Part shown: positions 18,685-27,237 of the stretch, piece after piece | Layout of the letters: each line of letters starts with the position of its first letter | Position numbering within the stretch: the first letter of the stretch is position 1 | From: Bacteroidales bacterium | GTDB lineage: Bacteria; Bacteroidota; Bacteroidia; Bacteroidales; UBA932 | Assembly: GCA_016287075.1 (NCBI GenBank) | Contig: JAEEVC010000012.1 | Coordinates: 23,916-87,915, forward strand | Length of the DNA: 64,000 bases | Reading direction: 5' to 3' | The notes under the pieces: generated by a model | Told to the model about the DNA's origin: nothing | Seen by the model: only the letters and a program-made list of their open reading frames with translations | Database searches by the model: none | Made by a program: the position numbers and the translations under genes

Positions 18685-18692
18685 TATCTTTG
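18685..18692 (+). promoter_or_regulatory. -7 promoter box TATCTTTG only 5 nt before the ATG of the orphan gene (near-leaderless)
   Basis: Sequence is GCGTATCTTTGCAGGGATG, an exact TAnnTTTG match. Confidence 0.45.
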
Positions 18693-18697
18693 CAGGG

Positions 18698-19357
18698 ATG
18701 GTACGCAAATACGGAACCGATTTCTTCGAAGAGTATGCCGCGGTGTCGCTCCGGGCGCTGCTGGGGCCCGCCTATGACGGGCTCGAAAACCGCGACCGGC
18801 CGGACCTGCAGTCGCCCGACGCGCGGACGCTCGGGATCGAGGTGACCCGCGCCATGGAATCCAGCAAAAAGGCGGCGGACGCCTTCCTGAAAGAAATGTC
18901 CGGCATCGTTCCCCGGACAGACGGGCAGAGCGACCTGGAACAGATGCTCCGGACCGGCTACGGTTACGGCCTCGGGGACGGACAGTACATCGGTGAAAAG
19001 GAACGGGAATACTGGGCGATGGCCCTCCCCCTCCAGCGCATCATCGACAGCAAGGTTTCCAAGGCCGCCAGGGGCCTGTACGGTCATTTCGACCACCTCG
19101 GGCTCTACATCTTCTGCAAAGATCCGCTGAACGACGCCCAGGTGGTGAAAACATACCGCTACGTCATGGCCCTGCAGCGCTACAACGACATCCGCTACGA
19201 ACGGCTTTTCCTTTCGGAAATCTGCAATCTCTACGTCTGCAACCTCAGCGAGGGCATCCCGCGTTTCACCCGCATGCTCCGCTACCCCATCACCCCGCAG
19301 CAGCGCCACGATTTCTACGCCGCCGCCCTCCGGTTCCAGCTGCAAAGTCCTTCGTGA
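18698..19357 (+). CDS. Orphan hypothetical protein (219 aa), possible PD-(D/E)xK-like N-terminus
   Basis: I chose the ATG at 18698 (MVRKYGTDFFEEY) because the upstream 44 codons of the track ORF translate the repeat element. DRPDLQS...GIEVTRA resembles a degenerate PD...ExK signature. I recognise no family. Confidence 0.55.
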   Translation: MVRKYGTDFFEEYAAVSLRALLGPAYDGLENRDRPDLQSPDARTLGIEVTRAMESSKKAADAFLKEMSGIVPRTDGQSDLEQMLRTGYGYGLGDGQYIGEKEREYWAMALPLQRIIDSKVSKAARGLYGHFDHLGLYIFCKDPLNDAQVVKTYRYVMALQRYNDIRYERLFLSEICNLYVCNLSEGIPRFTRMLRYPITPQQRHDFYAAALRFQLQSPS

Positions 19358-19363
19358 AACAGC

Positions 19364-19442
19364 AATAATAACCTGCATCACCGGTGTCTGCTGCTTCGCA
19401 GCCCTGTCCGGGTAAATGCCACCGGTGACGCAGGTTATTATT
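19364..19442. repeat. Long-hairpin repeat, copy 2 (inverted orientation relative to copy 1)
   Basis: AATAATAACCTGCATCACCGGTG ... CACCGGTGACGCAGGTTATTATT. The loop is the reverse complement of the copy-1 loop, differing at 1 nt. It starts 6 nt after the orphan gene stop. Confidence 0.85.
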
Positions 19443-19456
19443 TCACACTTCCTTAA

Positions 19457-20782
19457 TTAACTGTACTTCCGCGGGAAGCGCAGGAGGATGGAGAGGACGG
19501 CGAAGAGGCCGAGGGCGAAAGGATAATAGAGGTAGCCCGTGATGGCGGCGGCGGAGACGCCGGCGAGGCCGGAGGCCATCAGCATCTGCGCGCCGTAGGG
19601 GATGATGCCCTGGACGAGGCAGGAGAAGGTGTCGAGGAGGCTCGCGGTCTTGCGCGGGTCGAGGCCGAAACGTTCGGTGATATCCCTGGCCAGCGGACCG
19701 GTGGTGATGATGGCGACGGTGTTGTTGGCCGTGCAGAGGTTGGTGAGGGAGACCAGGGCGGCGATGCTCCCTTCGGCCGCACGTTTCCCGCCGATATGCC
19801 GGGTCAAACCATTGATAATGAAGTCCATCCCACCGTTGTAGCGGATCAGCGCCAGCAGGCCGCCGGCAAGGAGCGAGACGATGATCAGTTCGCCCATCCC
19901 GGCGATGCCGCTCCCGATCGAGGCCATCCAGCCGACCCAGCCGTAACAGCCCGTCGCCCAGCCGAGGATACCGTTCACGGCGATGCCGAGGGTCAGGACC
20001 GTGACCACGTTCATGCCCGCGAGCGCAAGTCCGATGACCAGCAGATACGGCAGCATTTTCAGCCAGTCCACCGGAACGGCGTCCGGCACCGCTTCGACGC
20101 GGAGCCCCATCACCACATAGACGACCGTCACGAGGACAGCCGCCGGAAGGGCGATCCACAGGTTAACCCGGAACTTGTCACGCATCGAGCAGCCCTGGCT
20201 CTTGGTCGCCGCGACGGTGGTATCGGAGATGAAGGAGAGGTTGTCGCCGAAGAAGGCCCCGCCGACGACGATGGCGGTCACCAGGGGAATCCCGACGCCC
20301 GTCTCCGACGCGATGCCCGTCGCGATGGGCACGAGGGCGACGACCGTCCCGACGCTGGTCCCGACGGCCATGGAAATGAAGCAGGCGGCGAGGAAAAGGC
20401 CCGCATAGATCAGTTTGCCGGGCAGGATCCGGAGGGTCGCATTCACGGTCGCGTCGATGGCGCCGATCTCCTTTGCCGTCGCCGCGAAAGCGCCCGCCAG
20501 CACGAAGATCCAGATCATCAGCAGGACATTGCGGTCCCCCGCCCCGGATGAAAAGACGGAAATCTTCCGGTCCATGGAAATCCCCCGGGTCGTCAGCATC
20601 CCCCAGGCCGATGCCAGGATGAAAGCGGCCGCAACGGGGACCTTGTAGAAGTCCTTCGCCACAAGCGCCGTCACCACATACGCCACGAGGAACACAGCGA
20701 GCGGGCTCAGCGCGAGCCAGCCGTTCATCGGCCGTTCAGCACGCGGGGCCGGGGTCTCGTTCTTTTCGGTATGGATGGCCAT
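19457..20782 (-). CDS. nhaC: NhaC-family Na+/H+ antiporter
   Basis: A polytopic 441-aa protein with SVFSSGAGDRNVLLMIWIFVLAGAF and FFGDNLSFISDTTVAAT, typical of NhaC family members. Confidence 0.88.
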   Translation of the reverse strand: MAIHTEKNETPAPRAERPMNGWLALSPLAVFLVAYVVTALVAKDFYKVPVAAAFILASAWGMLTTRGISMDRKISVFSSGAGDRNVLLMIWIFVLAGAFAATAKEIGAIDATVNATLRILPGKLIYAGLFLAACFISMAVGTSVGTVVALVPIATGIASETGVGIPLVTAIVVGGAFFGDNLSFISDTTVAATKSQGCSMRDKFRVNLWIALPAAVLVTVVYVVMGLRVEAVPDAVPVDWLKMLPYLLVIGLALAGMNVVTVLTLGIAVNGILGWATGCYGWVGWMASIGSGIAGMGELIIVSLLAGGLLALIRYNGGMDFIINGLTRHIGGKRAAEGSIAALVSLTNLCTANNTVAIITTGPLARDITERFGLDPRKTASLLDTFSCLVQGIIPYGAQMLMASGLAGVSAAAITGYLYYPFALGLFAVLSILLRFPRKYS

Positions 20783-20800
20783 GGTCCTGCGGAAATGGGA

Positions 20801-23413
20801 TCAGATCACCTCCACGTCGGAGGCGCGGAGCCAGCCCTGGCGGCCGTCCGAAAGCTCGATGTTGTGCCAGGAGCCTACGGTGTCGAGCAGCCGGACCTTC
20901 GTCCCTTCATGGAGAATAAAGAGGTCCTTCGCCGCATTGTCGCCGGAAGGGGAACTCTTGACCGGTGAAACGGCACGCATGACCACCGCCTCGTCCGCCG
21001 ATTCGGCCTCCCGCTTCTGCCAGTGGGCGAAATCCCAGCCGAGCAGTGCGATGAGCAGGGTCACGATCCCCGTGAAGAACCCGGCTTTCCGCGCAGCGGA
21101 GGAAGGGCCGAGCAGGAACAGCAGCACCAGTGAGAGCGTCAGGGCGAAGAACACGATGGAGAGGACGGCCCACACATTCGACGGAAGGAGATAGCAGGCT
21201 TTCCGGCCCCATGCCTCCAGGAAGAATTCCGGGACGCTGTCGATGCGGTCCTGCGTCGTTCCGCGCGCGAAATCAAGGTTGTAGCGGATATCCGCGGATG
21301 CCGGGTCGAGCCGGGCGGCCCGCTCGTAATTCAGGATGGCCTTGCCGGTCTCCCCGAGCTTGAAATACGCATTCCCCGCATTGTAATACAGGTCGGCGCT
21401 CGAGAGTCCGGCGTCGAGGATGCCCTGCCAGGCGGCGGCCGCTTCCGCGTATTGTCCTTCCGTATAGGCATTTACGCCGGCCTGCCAGAGGGAGTCGGGA
21501 TAACTCAGCGCCTCCGCGTGCAGGGTCGCCGGGGCGAGCAGCAGGAGGGCCAGCAGGGCCGCGCCCGCCTTGGATACGGGTTTTTTCATGTTGGAATCGA
21601 TGGCCGTGATTACGTCAACGGCTTTCTGGTAATGGCTGTTCATCGCCTCGTGGCCGGCATCCGGCGCATAGCGGGCATATTCACAGGCATCGAGGAGGTC
21701 CGTGAATTCCCGGGCAAGGCCTTCGGAAATGCCCCGCTCAGCCAGCGCGGCGGCGATGTTCTCCTTGGTCTGGTCGGCCATGTCCATGGTCAGCTTGTCG
21801 GAGACGAAGCCGAGCAGGGCGCGGTGAAGTTCCTCATAGAAGGCCGTTTGCAGGCCCTTCCCGAGGAAATCGCCCGCCAGGTGGAGCCGCTTGAGGGCCA
21901 TCTTCGTGGCACGGCGGTTCTTGGTGCCGACGACATCGGCACGCCGGGCCGCCATCTTGCGGAAAGCCAGCCAGAAGAGGGCGGCCAGGGCGGTAAGCGC
22001 CGCGATGAGGCCCCAGTAGAGCGGCCGGCCGACCAGGAAATTGTGCCCGCTCCGGAAGCCTTCGTTGCGCGTCCGGATGAAGCGGATGTCCTCGCCGAGG
22101 TTCTTGACGCCCTTGCGGTCCACGACCAGCGTCTGGCCGCCGGAGACGACGGTACTCTCCGTGCCCGGCGCCTTGGCGACGCGCAGCCGGAGCGAATCCG
22201 TCGCGACGGTGGCGTACCGCTTCGTATTCACATTGTAGAAGGAATACTTCACCGGATCGACGGTGAAATCACCGGCGCTGCGGGGGATGAAGGGGTATTC
22301 AAAGGTCTTGCTGCCGGTGGTCCCGGCCTTGTCCACGTTCGGCGTCGTCTTCACGTCATAGACGTCGAAATCCGGCGGAAAATTGATCTTGGGAGCCTCC
22401 AGGAGGGAGATGTTGCCCTTGCCGGAGACCGTCACGAGCAGCGAGGCAGCATCGTGCGTCTTGAGGGAATCCTTGCTGAGGCGGGCGGTGACGGTGTATT
22501 CGCCCACGCCGCCGCTGAAGGAGGCGGGGGCGCCCGCCGGAAGCTGGGACACGCGGACGGAGACCGCGGGCGTCGTCACCCGCTTGCGGATGGTCGTGTA
22601 CCCGTCTTCGAAGAAACTGTCGAAAATGCTGCTGCCGCGGCGGGCCGTCTGCACATTGACCAGGCAGACGATCTCGGCGGGGTCGATCTGCAGGGTGCCC
22701 GATTTCTGCGGGATCAGCACCCAGCGGCGCAGCAGGGCCGCATCATAGATCTTGTCGCCGAGCGCCTCGCGGCGGAACTCCACATTCTGGGGCGTATCGG
22801 TCTCCTTACTCCAGAAACCGTTGAAGGAAGGGAACTTGGCGTCCTCGAATCCGACAATGTTGGCTCGCTGGTAGAGCTTGAGCGTCGCCGTGACCGGTTC
22901 GCCGACCACAACGTCGCGGCGGCTCAGGGACAGGCGCATGAAGATGTCTTCCGAGGAGACCTCCCCCGTGGCCTGCGGCTGGGACTGCTGCTGGGACTGC
23001 GAAGGCGCGGTCTGCCGGGAACCGCCCGTGCCCCCGTTCGACACGACCTCGATCCGGAAGGGGCGCGAACTGATCTCGCCGCCCTTGACCTTCGCGGTCG
23101 CGGGCGGGAGCTGGAAGGTACCGGTCTTTTTCGGCAGCAGGATGTAGGTATAGGTCGTCGTGGAGGACTTGGAGACCTTGCCGTTGATCATGCTCACGCT
23201 CGTGGAAGAGCCCTTCTGCGGGCCCCATACGAGCTGGAAATCATCCGATGGCGCCCATTCGAAGGACGACGGGGCGTCCCCTTCGACGACGAAGGCGACG
23301 TTGAAGCGCTCGTCCACCCCGACGACATCGTGTACCTCCACCTTGATCGTCCCCTGTGCCCATGCGAGCACCGACACGACCAGTCCCGCCAACGCTGCTG
23401 TCAATCGTTTCAT
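20801..23413 (-). CDS. batD: BatD (oxygen-tolerance protein) fused in frame to BatE (TPR + SH3) as a single 870-aa ORF
   Basis: The BatD part runs from MKRLTAALAGLVVSVLAWAQG through the TM LYWGLIAALTALAALFWLAF to ...VITAIDSN. It continues with no stop into MKKPVSKAGAALLALLLLAPATLHA (ATG at 21589), TPR repeats, two TMs and an SH3-like end SWHNIELSDGRQGWLRASDVEVI. Confidence 0.8.
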   Translation of the reverse strand: MKRLTAALAGLVVSVLAWAQGTIKVEVHDVVGVDERFNVAFVVEGDAPSSFEWAPSDDFQLVWGPQKGSSTSVSMINGKVSKSSTTTYTYILLPKKTGTFQLPPATAKVKGGEISSRPFRIEVVSNGGTGGSRQTAPSQSQQQSQPQATGEVSSEDIFMRLSLSRRDVVVGEPVTATLKLYQRANIVGFEDAKFPSFNGFWSKETDTPQNVEFRREALGDKIYDAALLRRWVLIPQKSGTLQIDPAEIVCLVNVQTARRGSSIFDSFFEDGYTTIRKRVTTPAVSVRVSQLPAGAPASFSGGVGEYTVTARLSKDSLKTHDAASLLVTVSGKGNISLLEAPKINFPPDFDVYDVKTTPNVDKAGTTGSKTFEYPFIPRSAGDFTVDPVKYSFYNVNTKRYATVATDSLRLRVAKAPGTESTVVSGGQTLVVDRKGVKNLGEDIRFIRTRNEGFRSGHNFLVGRPLYWGLIAALTALAALFWLAFRKMAARRADVVGTKNRRATKMALKRLHLAGDFLGKGLQTAFYEELHRALLGFVSDKLTMDMADQTKENIAAALAERGISEGLAREFTDLLDACEYARYAPDAGHEAMNSHYQKAVDVITAIDSNMKKPVSKAGAALLALLLLAPATLHAEALSYPDSLWQAGVNAYTEGQYAEAAAAWQGILDAGLSSADLYYNAGNAYFKLGETGKAILNYERAARLDPASADIRYNLDFARGTTQDRIDSVPEFFLEAWGRKACYLLPSNVWAVLSIVFFALTLSLVLLFLLGPSSAARKAGFFTGIVTLLIALLGWDFAHWQKREAESADEAVVMRAVSPVKSSPSGDNAAKDLFILHEGTKVRLLDTVGSWHNIELSDGRQGWLRASDVEVI

Positions 23414-23417
23414 ATCG

Positions 23418-24203
23418 CTACCAATTCTTTTCTTTCTGCCGCGACTTGAAGACCGCGGCCTTCTCTTTCTTAACCTTGTCCTGCGTCTGCTTCTCCTGGT
23501 CCTGCATCGCCTGGAGGATCTGCTGGGCCTGCTGGGGCGACAGTTCCCCGCGGGCTTCCTGCGGCTGCTGATCCTGATTCTGGTCCTGCTGGTCCTGCTG
23601 GTTTTGCTGCTGATCCTGCTGGTCCTGCTGCTGGTCCTGCTGGTCCTTGTTCTGATCCTGATTCTGCTGCTGATCCTGATCCTGGTTCTGGTCCTGCTGC
23701 TGTTGCTGGTCCTGGTTTTGGTCCTGCTGGTCCTGATTCTGGTCCTGGTTCTGGTTCTGGTCCTGATTCTGCTGCTGGTTCTCCAGCATTTTCTTCGCAT
23801 AGATGAAGTTCTCCTTTGCATCCAGGTCGCCCGGATTCCGGAGGAGAGACTGCATGAAGGCTTCGACCGCCGTCTTGTAGTCCTTTGCCTGCAAGGCCAC
23901 GTCGCCGACGTTGTAGTAATAGTCGGCGCCATGCTCCGTCGAGGGCGCGGTCTGCTGGATCCGCTGCAGGGATTGGGCCGCCCCCTGGTAATCCTCCTGC
24001 CGGTATTGGACGGAGGCGAGGTTGTAATTCGCTGCCACGGAGGTGCTGTCCGCCATCAGGGCCTTGCGGTAGCTGATGTCCGCGGCGGACCACTGCCCCT
24101 TCGCGAACGAGCGGTTCCCCCGGCGGACGTCGTGCCGGTCCGGCTGGGCCAGCGCCGGAACGCCCGCGAGCAGCAGCATCATTATGAATAGGATCTTTTT
24201 CAT
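23418..24203 (-). CDS. batC: BatC (TPR protein with Gln/Asn/Asp-rich tract)
   Basis: MKKILFIMMLLLAGVPALAQ, TPR repeats, a Q/N/D tract, then ELSPQQAQQILQAMQDQEKQTQDKVKK. The track start at 24209 is TTG, so I used the ATG at 24203. Confidence 0.85.
   Translation of the reverse strand: MKKILFIMMLLLAGVPALAQPDRHDVRRGNRSFAKGQWSAADISYRKALMADSTSVAANYNLASVQYRQEDYQGAAQSLQRIQQTAPSTEHGADYYYNVGDVALQAKDYKTAVEAFMQSLLRNPGDLDAKENFIYAKKMLENQQQNQDQNQNQDQNQDQQDQNQDQQQQQDQNQDQDQQQNQDQNKDQQDQQQDQQDQQQNQQDQQDQNQDQQPQEARGELSPQQAQQILQAMQDQEKQTQDKVKKEKAAVFKSRQKEKNW
23559..23780. repeat. Imperfect CAG/GAC/AAC triplet repeat tract encoding about 74 aa of Q/N/D
   Basis: CTGCTGGTCCTG-type units repeat throughout. The same tract creates several spurious alternative-frame ORFs in the track. 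Confidence 0.7.
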
Positions 24204-24205
24204 CT

Positions 24206-25210
24206 TCAATCGTTTCCAAAGAACTTGCGCTTCGCTGCCCGCTCGCCGATGAGCATTTCAATCAGGAGCAGGACGAGGGCGGCGGCGAAGAAATACATGA
24301 ACTGCTCGTCGAAATCTTCGAACATCACGCTGCCGAATTCCTCCTCCTCCATCCGCCGGATGTCCTCGATGATGGGATTGAGCCCGAATTCCTCGTTCCC
24401 GGCATGGATGTACGCGCCGCCGCCCGCCCGGGCGATCTTCCGGAGCGTCTCCTCGTCGAGTTTCGACACGACGATGTTGCCGTCCTTGTCCTTCAGGAGT
24501 TCCCCGTCCACCGGAATGGGCTGGCCCTCGGGCGAGCCGACGCCGATCGTATAGACGCGGATGCCGTACTCGGCCGCCTGTTTCGCGGCCTCGACGGCAT
24601 CGTCCTCGTGGTTCTCGCCGTCGGAGATGACGACGATGACCCGGCTCTTCTCGCTCTGGGCGCTGAAGCTCTTGATAGAGAGCAGGATCGCCTCGCCGAT
24701 GGCCGTTCCCTGGACCGGGACGGACCCCGGCGTGATGCTCGAGAGGAACATCTTGGCGGAGACATAGTCCGTCGTCACCGGCAGCTGGACGAACGGCGTC
24801 CCGGCGAAAATGACCAGGCCGATGCGGTCGTCCTGGAGCTTGTCGGTCAGGCGGGAGATGGCCAGTTTGGCCCGCTCGAGCCGGTTCGGGGAATAGTCCT
24901 CGGAGAGCATCGAGTTGGAGACGTCCAGGGCGACCATGATCTCCACGCCCTTCGACTTGTGTTCGGCCAGCTTGGCCCCGGTCTGCGGGCGCGCGAGGCC
25001 GATGGCGAAGCAGGCGAAGGCCAGTGCGAAGAGGACAGTGCGGACCCACCCCTTCGCCCCGGACCAGGACGGCATCAGCGCCCCGACCAGTTCCTCCTCG
25101 CCGAAGCGGCGGACCCGTTTCCGGCGGAAGGTGCGGAGCACCCCGTAGCCGATGAGGATCACCGGCACCAGCAGGAGGAGATACAAGTATTGATACTGAG
25201 CGAAATACAT
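24206..25210 (-). CDS. batB: BatB, VWA-domain membrane protein
   Basis: Two N-terminal TMs, the MIDAS motif ALDVSNSM, VVISDGENH and a C-terminal TM. Confidence 0.9.
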   Translation of the reverse strand: MYFAQYQYLYLLLLVPVILIGYGVLRTFRRKRVRRFGEEELVGALMPSWSGAKGWVRTVLFALAFACFAIGLARPQTGAKLAEHKSKGVEIMVALDVSNSMLSEDYSPNRLERAKLAISRLTDKLQDDRIGLVIFAGTPFVQLPVTTDYVSAKMFLSSITPGSVPVQGTAIGEAILLSIKSFSAQSEKSRVIVVISDGENHEDDAVEAAKQAAEYGIRVYTIGVGSPEGQPIPVDGELLKDKDGNIVVSKLDEETLRKIARAGGGAYIHAGNEEFGLNPIIEDIRRMEEEEFGSVMFEDFDEQFMYFFAAALVLLLIEMLIGERAAKRKFFGND

Positions 25211-25214
25211 CTTC

Positions 25215-26198
25215 TTACGGCAATCTTCTCAACACGGCGGCCAGCAGGATTTCCAAGAGGAAACAGGCCAGCGCGATGAGCGCATAACGGGTATAAAGGT
25301 CCTTGTAGACCGGGAAGCTGTCCACGGTCGTACGGGTCTTTTCCATCTGGTTGATCTCGGCGTAGATCTCGGCGAGTTTCGTATTGTCCGTGGCCCGGAA
25401 ATACTTCCCGCCGGTCGCGTCGGCGATCTGGCGGAGCAGGTCCTCGTCGATCTCCACCTTCATGTTCTGGACGTCGGGGCCCCAGGGGGTCATCACCGGA
25501 TAGGGCGCCTCCCCGTTCGCGCCGACCCCGATCGTATAGACACGGACGCCGTATGTCTCAGCCACTTCCGCGGCCATCTGCGGCGTGATCTCGCCCCGGT
25601 TGTTGACGCCGTCGGTCAGGAGGATGACGACGCGGCTCTTCGCGTCGGAATCCTTCATCCGCGCCACGGCGGTGGCCAGGCCGTTGCCGATGGCGGTGCC
25701 GTCCTCGATGAGGCCGGTCTCCACATCCTGCATCAGGTTGATCAGGGTGGCGCGGTCGGTCGTCAGCGGGCACTGGGTGTAACTCTCGCCCGCGAAAACG
25801 ACGATGCCCATCCGGTCGGCCGGGCGCTGGGCGATGAATTCGACTGCGATGTCCTTGGCCGCGCTGAGGCGGTCCGGCTTGAAGTCGCGGGCGAGCATCG
25901 AGGTCGAGACGTCCATCGCCAGGACGATGTCAATCCCCTCGGTATCAACCTTTTCCACCTCGCTCTTGGAGCGGGGACGGGCGATGCAGACCACCAGCAG
26001 CGACAGGGCGGCGATGCGGAGGGCGAAGGGAAGATGGCGGATGACGGCCAGGGCGGACGTTCCGCCCGCCTTCCAGGGCCGGACGGTCGAAACACGGAGG
26101 TGGGGCTTGCGCTCCGCGAGCTCCTGCCAGAGGTAATGGGCCACCAGCAGCAGCGGAACAAGCAGCAGGAAAAGCAGTTTCGGATACTCAAAGTACAT
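25215..26198 (-). CDS. batA: BatA, VWA-domain membrane protein
   Basis: MYFEYPKLLFLLLVPLL, MIDAS motif AMDVSTSM, VILLTDGVNNRG and a C-terminal TM. Confidence 0.9.
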   Translation of the reverse strand: MYFEYPKLLFLLLVPLLLVAHYLWQELAERKPHLRVSTVRPWKAGGTSALAVIRHLPFALRIAALSLLVVCIARPRSKSEVEKVDTEGIDIVLAMDVSTSMLARDFKPDRLSAAKDIAVEFIAQRPADRMGIVVFAGESYTQCPLTTDRATLINLMQDVETGLIEDGTAIGNGLATAVARMKDSDAKSRVVILLTDGVNNRGEITPQMAAEVAETYGVRVYTIGVGANGEAPYPVMTPWGPDVQNMKVEIDEDLLRQIADATGGKYFRATDNTKLAEIYAEINQMEKTRTTVDSFPVYKDLYTRYALIALACFLLEILLAAVLRRLP

Positions 26199-26210
26199 AC
26201 GGCTTCCCTC

Positions 26211-27233
26211 CTATTTCGGCATGTAGTCTTCCGCGCGTTCCTCCCGCTGCGGCTGCGGCGCGTCTTCGGCCGGCGCCTCCTGCTCCCCGTTCTCCGCCTC
26301 CTCCTCCACCTCGGCCTGGTATGTCGAGGTAACGAAGCGGACGGCCTGCGGGAGCACGCTGGCATTCTCCTCCTTCGTCGCGGTGAACTTCGCGAATTTC
26401 ACGAAATCCGCCCGCTCGAAGAGTTCTTTCATCTCCTCGTAGAGCTCGACCGGGACATCCGTCCCCTTGAGCCCTTCGAAGATTTCCGCGGTGGTCATCT
26501 CCATCGCGCCGACCCCGTACCGGGCGACGATGTATTCCCGGAGGGCGTCCGTCACGCCGGAGTAGAAGGCCTTCTGCTTGTCCGGCGCCCAGAACTTGTC
26601 GCCGCGGTACTTGTCCAGCTTGCGCAGGGCGGTGATATGGGCGGGCTCCTGGAAGGCGGGCCCTTCCTGGGCCTTCCGGCGGGCGATCAGCCAGGCGACC
26701 AGGCCGCTGACCAGCAGGGCCAGGAGCCAGAATCCCACCAGGTACGGGAGGATTTCCCGGAAGGTGACGGGATAGCGGATCTGCCCCTTGATGTCGTGCG
26801 GGACGAAGGTCGCCGTATCGACGGGCATGGTCATGACCTCCAGCTTCTGCGGATTGAAGACGAGCGTATCGACCGTCCCGTCCCCGCAGAGCCGCCGGAC
26901 AAAGAGCGGAGGCAGCTCATAGACGCCTTCCCCGAAGGGGGCGATGACGATCGACGAGCGGATGTCGAAACGCCGCTCCCCGCTCCCCCGGACCTTGCGG
27001 ACCTTCAGGGTATCGACCTGCCAGGGGCGGACGGTGACGACCTGCTCCATGAAAGGCTGCGGGACCTCGGGGTAATCGAGCTGGATGCTGTCCGGCACGT
27101 CCTTGAGCTCGAAACCGTAGGCCAGCTGGTCCGCGACAAGGATGGAGTCGCGGGGCTGGAGCGCCTTCAGGAAGGTCTGGCCCCCGGGAAGCACGGTGCC
27201 GAGCAGGACGGATATGAACAAACTGTATATCAT
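26211..27233 (-). CDS. Bat-operon membrane protein of unknown function (third ORF of the operon)
   Basis: Signal/TM at the N-terminus, a central TM LPYLVGFWLLALLVSGLVAWLIA and an acidic C-terminal tail. It sits between the DUF58 gene and batA. Confidence 0.7.
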   Translation of the reverse strand: MIYSLFISVLLGTVLPGGQTFLKALQPRDSILVADQLAYGFELKDVPDSIQLDYPEVPQPFMEQVVTVRPWQVDTLKVRKVRGSGERRFDIRSSIVIAPFGEGVYELPPLFVRRLCGDGTVDTLVFNPQKLEVMTMPVDTATFVPHDIKGQIRYPVTFREILPYLVGFWLLALLVSGLVAWLIARRKAQEGPAFQEPAHITALRKLDKYRGDKFWAPDKQKAFYSGVTDALREYIVARYGVGAMEMTTAEIFEGLKGTDVPVELYEEMKELFERADFVKFAKFTATKEENASVLPQAVRFVTSTYQAEVEEEAENGEQEAPAEDAPQPQREERAEDYMPK

Positions 27234-27237
27234 TGTA

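Noticed and set aside
15348-19442. Long-hairpin elements considered as integron attC sites, with the orphan gene as a cassette.
   Set aside because: The arms lack the RYYYAAC/GTTRRRY core sites, the stems are perfect rather than bulged as in attC, and no integron integrase is present.
23160-24261. Alternative-frame ORFs over the batC repeat tract (23160..24191+, 23470..24261-).
   Set aside because: They are by-products of the triplet-repeat tract. The frame giving a signal peptide, TPR repeats and the conserved BatC C-terminus is clearly the real one.
24917-24926. A GGAGACGTCC match to the 90-nt repeat core inside batB (a similar GAGACGTCC lies in batA).
   Set aside because: It is explained by the conserved VWA MIDAS codons (L/M)DVS(N/T)S on the opposite strand, not by a repeat copy.
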